35,915 nucleotides of DNA from Gemmatimonadales bacterium (GTDB lineage: Bacteria > Gemmatimonadota > Gemmatimonadetes > Gemmatimonadales > GWC2-71-9). The position numbers and the translations under genes were made by a program. The stretch covers positions 1 to 35,915 of the forward strand of contig DASYRD010000121.1 of the NCBI GenBank assembly GCA_036004745.1. Direction: 5' to 3'. This document shows, one piece after another, positions 9,557 to 19,500 of the stretch. The notes under the pieces are model-generated. The model did not search any database, was not told where the DNA came from, and was given only the letters and a program-made list of their open reading frames with translations. Numbering within the stretch: position 1 is the first letter of the stretch; every line of letters begins with the position of its first letter.

Positions 9557-10231
9557 TCACCGTTGCCGAGGCGGCCAGGGGATGCGATACGCGACCTGCA
9601 GCCCGAGCCAGTCGAACTCCTCCAGCCGGGCCGACGCGCCGCCGGCGAAGTCGTAGCGCTCAAAGTGGTAATTCAGCGCGAGCGTCCAGAGCGCCAGAGT
9701 GGCGCTCACGCCGGCGTCGGCGCCGAGGCCGTGCTGCGCGGAGGCTTCCACGCGGGCGCTGACGAACGGCAGATATGACGCGCTCAGGTACACGCGCACC
9801 GTCGAATCCACGAGGGGCCCTGAAAAGCGAACGCCGGTTCCCAGCATGGTCCAGCGTTGGTACAGGGAGGCCGAGCGGAAGGCCCGCACGGAATACGTTG
9901 CCTGGAAGCCGAGCCAACTCCGCGGCTCGAATCGCACGGCTGCGTCGACTTGGCCCGCGACCCGCTCAAACGAGGTATTGACGATCGGCGACAGCGTTCC
10001 CCGGAAACCGGTGATCGACCCGGTGAAGCGTCCCGCCTTGACCGCCACGGTGCCTCCGAACCACCCCCCGCCGATCGCCTCGAGCGTATCCGCGAAGAAC
10101 ACGCGGCTCCGCGCGCTTCCGGCGATCGCGTGCACCGACACCTCGATGCGCCGGCTCTCCTGGGCGCGCACGACAACCGGAGACAAAAACCCGGCGCCGA
10201 GCGCCGCCACGTACAGCGCCGCCCGGCTCAC
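9557..10231 (-). CDS. Small outer-membrane beta-barrel protein (OMP_b-brl-like), last gene of the giant-protein operon
   Basis: GTG start at 10231 overlaps the upstream stop (GTGA). The signal peptide is VSRAALYVAALGAGFLSPVVVRAQE. The mature part (~200 aa) shows alternating hydrophobic beta-strand patterning with aromatic girdle residues (ATYSVRAF, VRVYLSASYLPF, LALNYHFERYDF, LQVAYRIPW). Confidence 0.6.
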   Translation of the reverse strand: MSRAALYVAALGAGFLSPVVVRAQESRRIEVSVHAIAGSARSRVFFADTLEAIGGGWFGGTVAVKAGRFTGSITGFRGTLSPIVNTSFERVAGQVDAAVRFEPRSWLGFQATYSVRAFRSASLYQRWTMLGTGVRFSGPLVDSTVRVYLSASYLPFVSARVEASAQHGLGADAGVSATLALWTLALNYHFERYDFAGGASARLEEFDWLGLQVAYRIPWPPRQR

Positions 10232-11268
10232 GGCTCGGGCACCACGTGAACCCGCAGCATGGGCGTCGTGCGCCGTGCCGCATTGGTCGCGATAATCGAG
10301 CCGTTCCGCTCCTCCCATGCCGAGCGGAGGGCACGATTGTACTCGATATTCTCTGGGAGCAGCTGCTTCGGCCGCCCGAGGAAGTGGGCCGCAATACCCG
10401 CGATACTGACCGTCGCTCCGACGAACAACGCCCGGGTTGTCGTACTCCCGGTTCGCAATTGGTGGTGACCCAGCAGCAGCGGAATCGCCACCGCGCCGAC
10501 ACCAACGCCGACCCCGCGCAACAACGGGCCGCGGGAGCGGGGCCCCCAGCGAAACTCGAGACGAAACAGGGAATCAGCCGGTGGCGGCTCGTGGGCCAGG
10601 CTGTCTGTCGTGGCCTGCGCGACCTCGAAGGACAAACCGCTGGCGGCTGTTCCCGCTGGTGCCGAGTAGTCGACGAGCAGGCGATACGTGCCAGGCGCGA
10701 GCCCGTCGCTGTCGGCGACCGCGAACGACGCGATCGCATTCGACTCGACGGCGAGCACCACAGGGCGCGTCTCCGGCCCCCCCCCCGACCCCGTCGCAGG
10801 CGCCAGGCGGACCCGCACCTGCCCGGGCTGCGACACCGCCACGGCGACCTGCCACCGCCCTGTGCGGGCATCGACGAGCGTGTCCAACGACGGCCGCACG
10901 CCGACCGCGATCACCGTGCGCCTGGCCGCGTCAAACGCCGTAAGCAGTTCTGGATTGTAGTCGTCGGGGTCCAGCCGGAGGAACGGGTCCGCGCGCACGA
11001 CCGCCTGGAAATGGACTGCCGCCGAGTCCAGGAGACCCAGTGACCAGCTCGTCATCGCCAGCCGTAAGTGTGCCTCGCGCCGGAGCGGCGGCGCCGCCCC
11101 CGCGGGAAGCCCGTTCAGGAGTTGACGCAGGAGCTCGACCGTGCGCTCCGGCTCGCCTGCGTCCGACATGGCGACCGCGCGCGCGAGCAACTCCTCGGGT
11201 CTGATTTGCGCCTCCAGGGGCCCGAGGCCGAAGAGGAACGAGACGGCCAACAGCAGGGCGACTCTCAT
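10228..11268 (-). CDS. Secreted, membrane-anchored protein: signal peptide, TPR-like helical region, Ig-like beta region, two transmembrane helices and a cytoplasmic tail
   Basis: ATG at 11268 (MRVALLLAVSFLFGLGPLEAQ) overlaps the upstream stop by 1 nt (TGATG). The C-terminus carries GVGVGVGAVAIPLLLG and ALFVGATVSIAGIAAHFLG hydrophobic segments. The long upstream extension in the ORF track is Arg/Pro-rich junk and was rejected. Confidence 0.65.
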   Translation of the reverse strand: MRVALLLAVSFLFGLGPLEAQIRPEELLARAVAMSDAGEPERTVELLRQLLNGLPAGAAPPLRREAHLRLAMTSWSLGLLDSAAVHFQAVVRADPFLRLDPDDYNPELLTAFDAARRTVIAVGVRPSLDTLVDARTGRWQVAVAVSQPGQVRVRLAPATGSGGGPETRPVVLAVESNAIASFAVADSDGLAPGTYRLLVDYSAPAGTAASGLSFEVAQATTDSLAHEPPPADSLFRLEFRWGPRSRGPLLRGVGVGVGAVAIPLLLGHHQLRTGSTTTRALFVGATVSIAGIAAHFLGRPKQLLPENIEYNRALRSAWEERNGSIIATNAARRTTPMLRVHVVPEP

Positions 11269-12125
11269 CACGGTGGTACTACGGCTTTGAGACGAATCGT
11301 GCCCAGGCGGAGCCGTTGGTCTCGCTCCACCGCGACGACGGTGTCGAACGGCGCGTAGCCGGGCCGTTCGACGCGCAGCTGATGGGTCCCGACCGCCAGC
11401 GGGTACGCGGCCACCGGGGTGTAACCCACGAACTGGCGGTCGAGGTAGACACTGCCCCACGGCGCGGTCGCGAGGTAGAGAAACCCACCTGCCGCTGGTC
11501 CCCGCAGCCGGACCCGCACCACCGTCGTGACGCCGGGCAGGACTTCGCGCTGGAGCCAGACGCGTGCGTAGTCCGGTGCCGACGCCAGCAATCTGTAGCT
11601 CCCGGAGGGCAGGGCGCGTTGCTCTCCCGCATTCAAGACGCCTACCCCTTCGATGAACACGCTGACGGGCGCCCCGGAACGCTCGAGGCGAATCGCTCCA
11701 GCGCTCTGCTGGCTCGGGGGCGTAGCCGGCCAGTCCCACAGGGTCTCCGTGGTCGTGTCGCGCAGGCTGCCGGCGGTGACGCGCTGCGCCAGGGCGAAGG
11801 CGTTCCCGACGGCAGGCGGAAAGTTGAGGGTATCGACCACGATGTCCGGCTTCAGACGCAGCCCCCAGCGGAGCCAGACCGCCGCGAGCGAGTCTTGACG
11901 TCTCTCGAGCAGGATGTAGACGACCCGATGGAGACCCGCCACCCACAGACTGTCGCGCGGCCCAGCTGCGGGATTCATCCCTGCGGCAAGCAGGGGCAGC
12001 GCGGTTTGGTAATCAGCGAAGTCGTAGGCCTGGACTCCCAGCCGCAGCCAGTTGCGCGATTGCTGCGCTCCCGCACGGCCAGCGAGCACGACGGTCAGAA
12101 CGGCGAGGAGCAAGCTCCGCTTCAC
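11268..12125 (-). CDS. Secreted protein with two PEGA domains
   Basis: GTG start at 12125 overlaps the kinase stop (GTGA). The signal peptide is MKRSLLLAVLTVVLAGRAGAQQ. PEGA-like segments are APVSVFIEGVGVLNAGEQRALPSGSYRLLASAPDYARVWLQREVLPGVTTVVRVRL and ATAPWGSVYLDRQFVGYTPVAAYPLAVGTHQLRVERPGYAPFDTVVAVERDQRLRLGTIRL. Confidence 0.7.
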   Translation of the reverse strand: MKRSLLLAVLTVVLAGRAGAQQSRNWLRLGVQAYDFADYQTALPLLAAGMNPAAGPRDSLWVAGLHRVVYILLERRQDSLAAVWLRWGLRLKPDIVVDTLNFPPAVGNAFALAQRVTAGSLRDTTTETLWDWPATPPSQQSAGAIRLERSGAPVSVFIEGVGVLNAGEQRALPSGSYRLLASAPDYARVWLQREVLPGVTTVVRVRLRGPAAGGFLYLATAPWGSVYLDRQFVGYTPVAAYPLAVGTHQLRVERPGYAPFDTVVAVERDQRLRLGTIRLKAVVPP

Positions 12126-13531
12126 GAAGGCTCCCGACGCAGCGTCAGTCGCAGGACGAGAGTGTCGAGGGTTCGCACCGTCACCGTCGTATCAACTGGT
12201 GCGTATCCCTCACGCTCCAGGTGGACTTGATGCTTGCCGGGCCTGACCGACTGCCGATGGGACGTACCTTCGCGGCGAACCACTCCATCGATGGAGATTC
12301 GCGCCCATCCACCCACGGTCTGGATGATGAGGGCACCAGGTCGGACCGCTGTCGGTCCGGAGCCCGTGGGGCGGAGGGCGGTCCGGTTGGTGTCGGGCCT
12401 GGCAACAGACGCGATCGTCTGAGACTCCGTGGTTGCCGGGGGCGGTGCCGTCGCATCCCGCCGCCACAGCTTGGCGGCCGGCACCGCTGCCAGTGCAAGC
12501 GCTGAGATCCCAGCCGCCACGAGCCACCGCCGCCAACGCATGCGGGCAGCGGACGGCATCGCGCGTAGCCGCACCGTGGGCGCGTTGGCCGGTCCCTTCA
12601 GCGCTGCGACGAAGGCGCCAACGCTGGGATACCGATCCAGCGGGTCCTTGGCCATCGCCCGGTCTATGGCGCCGTACACCTCTCGCGGTAGTCCGGGTCG
12701 CAGTCCTTCCAGCGGCGGCGGCGGCGCCACACAGTGCTGGTGGACGATGTCCACCGCGGTCTTTCCATCAAACGGCACGCGACCGGACAGCATGTGGTAG
12801 GCCATGACGCCGGTGGAGTATTGGTCCGCCGCTCCGCTCAAGATCTCCCCACGGCTTTGTTCTGCCGACATGTAGAACGGGGTTCCGATCACGATTCCGG
12901 ACCCCGAGGTGAACCCGTCCACGACCTCCGTCGCGATCCCGAAGTCGGTGACGACGACTCGCCCGCCGGCGTCGACCATGACGTTTGCCGGCTTGACGTC
13001 ACGGTGGACCACGCGCCGCTCGTGAGCATAGTCCAGGGCGTCGGCCGTCTGCTCCAGAATCCGGATGGACTGGTCGAGCGGCAGCCGCGTTCGCTCCAGC
13101 AGAATGTCGGCCAGGGTTCTGCCCTCGATGTACTTCATGGCGTACCAGAACAACCGGCCGCTGCTGACGCGGTAGACGGGAATGATGTGGACGTGCGCGA
13201 GCGCCGCTGCCAGCTTGGCCTCGCGCTTGAAGCGCTCGACCGCACCCCGACCGAAGGTCAGGCTCGGCGGCAGTACCTTGATCGCGACCCGCCGTCCCAA
13301 GGCGATCTCGGTCGCGAGATAGACCACGGCCATACCGCCGCGGCCCAGCTCGCGCTCGATCTCGTACTCCCCAGCCATCTCCCGGCGAAGGAGCAGTTCG
13401 ATCTCGTGCACTGCCGTCTCGTCCAGGAGGTAGGCCGAACCGTAGCCCCCATGGCCCGAGGCCGGGGCCCCACAGTTCACGCAGAATACGCTGTCGGGAG
13501 GAAGCGGCCTGTGACAAGCGTGGCAGTTCAT
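12122..13531 (-). CDS. Hanks-type Ser/Thr protein kinase with N-terminal zinc ribbon, one transmembrane segment and a C-terminal extracytoplasmic PEGA domain
   Basis: CHACHRPLPPDSVFCVNCG zinc ribbon. Kinase motifs: GRGGMAVVY, AIK, HRDVKPANVMV, DFG and SGTPFYMSAEQ. The transmembrane segment is WLVAAGISALALAAVPAAKLW. The C-terminal ARISIDGVVRREGTSHRQSVRPGKHQVHLEREGYAPVDTTVTVRTLDTLVLRL is PEGA-like. The ATG at 13531 overlaps the giant gene stop (ATGA). Confidence 0.9.
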   Translation of the reverse strand: MNCHACHRPLPPDSVFCVNCGAPASGHGGYGSAYLLDETAVHEIELLLRREMAGEYEIERELGRGGMAVVYLATEIALGRRVAIKVLPPSLTFGRGAVERFKREAKLAAALAHVHIIPVYRVSSGRLFWYAMKYIEGRTLADILLERTRLPLDQSIRILEQTADALDYAHERRVVHRDVKPANVMVDAGGRVVVTDFGIATEVVDGFTSGSGIVIGTPFYMSAEQSRGEILSGAADQYSTGVMAYHMLSGRVPFDGKTAVDIVHQHCVAPPPPLEGLRPGLPREVYGAIDRAMAKDPLDRYPSVGAFVAALKGPANAPTVRLRAMPSAARMRWRRWLVAAGISALALAAVPAAKLWRRDATAPPPATTESQTIASVARPDTNRTALRPTGSGPTAVRPGALIIQTVGGWARISIDGVVRREGTSHRQSVRPGKHQVHLEREGYAPVDTTVTVRTLDTLVLRLTLRREPS

Positions 13532-16500
13532 TGAATACTGAACGCGGCGCTGATCGCCGATACGAGGCCCGTGGCCGTCGCGGTCAAGGAGTAGCCAGTC
13601 CCCACCTTCGTGATGTTCAGGTCTGAGAACGTGGCGGTTCCGTTCACCGCGGCCACCGTAGTCGTCCCCCGCAGACTCGCGCCCTGCGTTCCCGTGCCGT
13701 TCGTGATCGCCAGCGTCATCGAGCCGACCCAGTTCGTGACGGCATTGCCGAAGTCGTCGAACGCCGTGACCTGCACCGCCGGGGTGATCGTCGCACCGAC
13801 GGGCGCGGTGGTCGGCTGGACGGTGAAGACCAGCCTCGTGGCCACCGTGATGTCAAAGACCGTGCTCGTCGCGGCCGTCAGCCCGGAGCTGGTGGCGGTC
13901 AGCGTGTAGGCACTGCCCTGCCGATCGATGTTCAAGTCCCCAAACGTGGCCACGCCGTTCACGGCGGTCACGGTCAGGGTTCCGCTCAGGATGGCACCAG
14001 CCGCGCCGGTCCCGCTCGTGATCGCGACCGTGACCGGGCCAGCGAAACCCGTGGCGGTGTTTCCGAACGCGTCCCGGGCCGTGACCTGGAGGGCGGGAGT
14101 CATGTTCATGCCTTTCGGCGTGGTCCTGGGCTGGACCGAGAACACGAGGCTGGTGGTCGAGCCCGGCGTGATATTGAAGCTTGCGCTCGTGGCACCGGCC
14201 AGTCCAGTTGCGGCAGCGGTCAACGTATAGCCCGTCCCCGCCTTGTTCAGACTCAAGCCCGCAAACGTCGCGATTCCGCCGACGGCGCTCTGGGTCAGCG
14301 TCCCACCGAGCGTGGCACCGCCGGGATTCGTCCCGATCGCCACGGTGATCTGGGCCGTCGACGACGTGACGGTGTTGCCGAGCGCGTCCTGTACCGTGAC
14401 CTGCACCGCCGGCGTCACACTTGCTCCGGCGCTGGTCGTGACGGGCTGCACAGTAAACGCGAGGTTCGCGGCCAAGCCAGGCGTGATGTTGAACGCCGTG
14501 CTTGTCGCGGACGTCAAGCCGGTCGCGGATGCTGCCAGGGCGTAGCCGGTCGCCGCCTTGTCGATGTTGAGATTCGCGAACGTCGCCACACCGTTCACGG
14601 CCGCGACCGTCTTGGGGCCGCCCAGCTGCGCTCCGACCGCACCCGTTCCGCTGGCAATCGCCACGGTGACCGAGCCCGTAAAGCTCGGAACGGCGTTCCC
14701 AAGCGCGTCGGCAGCGGTGACCTGCACCGCTGGTGCGATGACGCTCCCAGCCGCCGCGGTTGTCGGCTGACCGCTGAACACCAGCCGGGCGGCCGCGCCG
14801 GGCGTGATGTTGAACGCCGTGCTTACTGCGGACGTGAAGCCGGCGCTCGAGGCCGTCAGCGTATAGTTGTTGCCCGTTTTGTTGATGCTGAGATTGCTGA
14901 ACGTGGCCACGCCGAGCACCGCATTCACAGTCTTGGTCCCCGAGAGCACGGCGCCCGGCGAGCCCGTGCCCGCCGTGATCGCCACCGTGATCTGGCCGGT
15001 GAAGGTGGTGTCGGACGCGGTTACCCGAATGGCTGGCGTGATCACACTCCCCGCAGTCGCCGTCGTGGGCTGCACGGTAAACGCGAGGGTCGACGGCGTG
15101 ATGTTGAAGCCGCTGCTCGTCGCCGCCACCAGGCCGGCCGCGGTGCTGGTCAGCGTGTAACCGCTGCCCGGCAGGTTGATGTTCAACGTGCTGAACGTGG
15201 CGACACCCTTCACGGCGCTCACCGTCCTGGTCCCTGACAGGACGGCGCCGCTCGTGCCCGTCCCGCCCGTGATCACCACCGTGACGCTGCCCGTGAACGT
15301 GGTATCAGTATTCCCGAATGGGTCTTGCGCCGTCACCTTCACCGCCGGCGTGATCGCCCTGCCCGCCACCGTGTTGCTCGGCTGGACGCTGAAGGCGAGG
15401 CGGCTGGCGGGTGCGGGGACGATCCCGAAGGCCGCGCTGGTGGCCCCGGCCAGCCCGCTCGACGTGGTGCTCAAGGTGTAGCCGCTGCCCGCCTTGTCGA
15501 TACTCAAGTCGGAGAACAGCGCCACCCCGGCGAGCGCCGGACGGGTGGTGGTTCCAGAGAGCACCGCTCCGGGGGCACCCGTCCCGACGGTGATCGCGAC
15601 CGTGACGTTCCCGGTAAAGCTCGTGGCCGTGTTGCCGAAAGCGTCCCGAGCCAGAACCTGCAGCGCGGGGGCAAGGTTGCTACCTGCCTGCGTGACCGTC
15701 GGCTGGGCCGCCACGGCGAGGTTCGTCGCGGTGCTGGGAGTGACGTCGAACGCCGCGCTCGTGCCCCCCGCCAGCCCGCTCGCCGTGGCGACCAGCGTGT
15801 AGCCGCTGCTCGCGAGCGCGATAGCCAAGTCGGAGAAGGACGCGACACCGTTCGCCGCACTTCGGCTCACGGTTCCGGAGAGCGTCGCCCCGCTCGGGTT
15901 CGTCCCGATCGCCAGCGTGATGAGGGTCGTGGCGCTCGTCACCGTGTTGCCGAGGGAGTCCCGCACCGTTACCTGCACGTCGGGGGTTATCAGGCTCCCC
16001 GCACTGGCCGTCGCCGGCTGCACGGTGAAGACGAGACGCGAGGGCGTGCCAGATGAGATAGTGAAGGGAGCGCTGGTGGTGCCGGCGACGCCGCTCGCCG
16101 TCGTGGTCAGCGTATACCCGATCCCGGCCGCGTTGATGCTCAAGTCCCCGAAGGTTGCGACTCCGTTCAGGGCGCTCTGCGTCAGCGTCCCGGAGAGGGT
16201 CCCGCCGGTCGGGTTCGTCCCGATCGCTACGGTGATGAGCGACGTGGCGTTGATCACCGTGTTGCCCAGGGCATCCTGAACGGCCACGCGTACGGCCGGT
16301 GCGATCACGCCGCCGACCGCCGCCACACTCGGCTGGACGGAGAAGCCGAGCTTGGCGGGCGCGCCCGCGACGATATCGAACCCGGAGCTCGTGGCTTCGG
16401 CGAGGCCACTCGCCGTCGCGGTGAGCGCGTAGCCCGTGCCCGCCCTGTCGATGTTCAAGTCCGAGAACAGCGCTACACCGCCGACGGCGACCACCGTGGG

Positions 16501-19500
16501 CGTCCCGGACAGCGTCGCGCCGCTCGTGCCGGCGCCCGTCGTGATGGCGAGGGTGACACTCGGCGCTGCCGACGTGACGACGTTGTCGAACGCGTCCTGC
16601 ACCGTCACCCGCACGGCGGGGGTGAGCGTGGCGCCCGCGGCCGCGCCGCTCGGCTGCACGGTGAAGCCCAACTTGCTCGCGGCCCCGGGAATGATGTTGA
16701 AGGTGGTGCTCGTGGCGCCCGTGAGGCCGCTCCCCGTGGCCGCGACCGTGTAACCGGTCGCAGCCCGGTCGATGCTCAGGTCCGCGAAGCTCGCCACGCC
16801 GCGTACCGCCGTCTGGCTCAGCGTCCCCGAAAGCGTGCCCCCACCCGGGTTGCTCCCGATGACCATCGCAACGCTGCCCGCGAAGGTCGTGTCGACGTTG
16901 CCCAGGCTGTCCAACACGCTGACCTGGATCGCGGGCGCGATGATACTGCCCGCCGCGGTCGTGCTCGGCTGGCTGGTGACGGCGAGCCTACTCGGCATTC
17001 CGGCGGTTACGGCAAACCCCGCGCTCGTCGCCCCGGCCAAGCCGTTCGTCGTGGCCACGAGCGTGTAGCCCGTCCCGGCCTTGTTGAGGCTCAGGTCCGA
17101 GAAGGTCACCACGCCGTTCACCGCGTTCCGCGTCAGCGTACCGGCGAGGGTGCTGCCGCCTGGATTCGCGCCGAGGGCGAGGATGACGAGGCTCGACGCG
17201 CTCGTGACCGTGTTGCCGTAAGCGTCCTCGACGGCGACCTGCACGAGCGGTGTGATCACACTTCCCGCGACCGTCGCGCTGGGCTGAACAGTGAACGCGA
17301 CCTGCGTGGCGGAGCCCGGCGCGACGTTGAAGTCGATGCTCGTCGCCGTGGCGAGGCCGCCGGCCGTGGCGGCGAGTGTGTAGCCGGTCCCGGCCTTGTC
17401 GAGGCTCAAGTCCGCGAACGTCGCCACGCCGTTCACTGCCGTCCGGGTCAGCGTCCCCGCGAGGGTCCCACCGCCGGCGTTGTTCGCGATCGACAGCGTG
17501 ATGTCGTTCGAGGCGCTCGGGACCGGGTTCCCCTGCGCATCCAGAATGGTGACCTGAACCGCGGGGGTCATGACGGCGCCTGCCGCAATCGTGGTCGGCT
17601 GGACGCTAAAGGCGAGACGGCTCGGGGGAGCGGGGACAATCGCGAACGCCACACTCGTGGCTCCCGTCAGACCGCTTGCCGTGGCGCTCAGCGTGTAGCC
17701 CGTGCCGGCCTTGTCGACGCTCAGGTCGGAGAACAGCGCCACGCCGGCCACCGCCGCCACCGTTGTCGTGCCGCTGAGAATCGCCCCACTCGTCCCGGAG
17801 CCCGGGGTCAGCGCCAGGGTGACGCTCGCGGGTCCACTCACCGTGTTGCCCAACCCGTCCTGCACCGTCACCCGCACGGCCGGGGTCAATGACGCCCCGG
17901 AAGCGGTCGTACTGGGCGGCTCCAGGGTGAAGGCAAGCCGTACCGCCGGGCCCGAGGAAACGGCAAAGCTCGCGCTCACGGTGGAGGTGAGGGCAGGCGC
18001 CACGGCCGTGAGCGTGTAGCCCACGCCTATTTTGTCGAGACTGAGATCGGCAAAGCTCGCCACCCCGCTCGCCGCCGTCACGGTGCGCGTCCCGCTGAGG
18101 GTGGCGTCGGGGCTCCCCGTACCGCTGGTAATCGCCACCGTCACCGCCCCGTTGAACCCGGTGACGGTGTTCCCCAAGCTGTCCTGGGCCGCCACCTGCA
18201 GCGTCGGCCCCATGATGCTCCCCGCCGTGGCCGCGCTCGGCTGCACGACGAACACGAGCCGGCTCGGCGCCCCCAACGTCACACCAAACGTCGTGCTCGT
18301 CGCGCTCGCGACGCCGGCCGCCGTAGCCGTCAACGTGTAGCCCGTCCCCGACCGGTCGAGGCTCAGGTCGGTGAAGGTCGCGACTCCCGCCACCGCGTTC
18401 TGGCTCAGCGTTCCCGTCAGGTTCGACCCGCCCGGGTTCGTCCCGATCGCCACCGTCACCAGCGTCGTGGCGCTCGTCACCGTGTTTCCGAACGCATCCT
18501 GCAGCGCGACGCGCACCGCAGGACTGACGGGGAATCCCGCCTGGGTCGCGCTGGGCTCCCCGGTGAAGGCCAACCTCGCGGGTGGCGCGGGGGCCACTGC
18601 GAACGCCGCGCTCGTCGCGCTCCCCAGCCCCGTCGCGGTGGCGGTGAAGGTGTAACCGGACCCCGCCTTATCGACGCTCAACGTAGTGAAACTCGCCGTG
18701 CCGCCCGCCGCGGTCAGCGTCGTAGTCCCCGCGAGCGTCGCGCCGCTGGTCCCCGTCCCCACGGTGAGCCCCACCGTCACGTTCCCCGTGAACGTGGTGC
18801 TCGTGTTCCCGAGGGCGTCCACCGCCACCACCCCAACTGCCGGGCTCAGCACGCTTCCGGCTTCCACGAGCCCCGGCTGCCCGGAGAACGCCAGCTGCAC
18901 CGCGGCGCCGGCGCCGACGTCGAAGCTGCCGCTCATCGCGCTCGCGACCCCGCTCGCCGTCGCCGTGAGGGTGTACGCCGTCCCGGTCTTGTCCACCGTC
19001 AAATTCGAAAACGTCGCGATTCCTGCCACGGCCGCCACGGTGGTCGTGCCACCCAGCGTACCGCTCGGGTTGCCGGTCCCGGGCGTGATCGCGATCGTCA
19101 CACTCGGATTGGCCGATGCGACCGTGTTGCCCAGCGCATCCTGGATGGCGACCTGAACCGCGGGACTGATCGCTGCACCCGCAATCGTGGCGCCCGGCTG
19201 GACGGCAACGATGAGCTTCGCTGGGGGCCCGGCAGTGATGTTGAACGTGGTGCTCGTGATCACGGGAAGACCGGAGGTCGACGCGGTCAGCACGTAGTCC
19301 GCGCCCGACTTGTTGATGCCGAGATCGGAGAACGTCGCGACCCCAGCCACCGTCGGCTTGGTCGCGGTGCCCGACAGGGTGGCGCCCGGGCTCCCGCTCC
19401 CGGCTCCGATCGCGACCGACACGCTCCCGGCATAGCTGGTGACCGTGTTGCCCAAGACGTCTTGAACGGTCACGTCTACGCTCGGCGCCATGACGCCGCC

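Noticed and set aside
10228-11946. Long N-terminal extension (to 11946) of the minus-strand ORF beginning MGGGSPSGRLHPARET...
   Set aside because: The upstream 226 codons are Arg/Pro/Gly-rich junk lying inside the 2xPEGA gene in another frame. The genuine gene begins at ATG 11268, which gives a clean signal peptide and a 1-nt overlap with the upstream stop.
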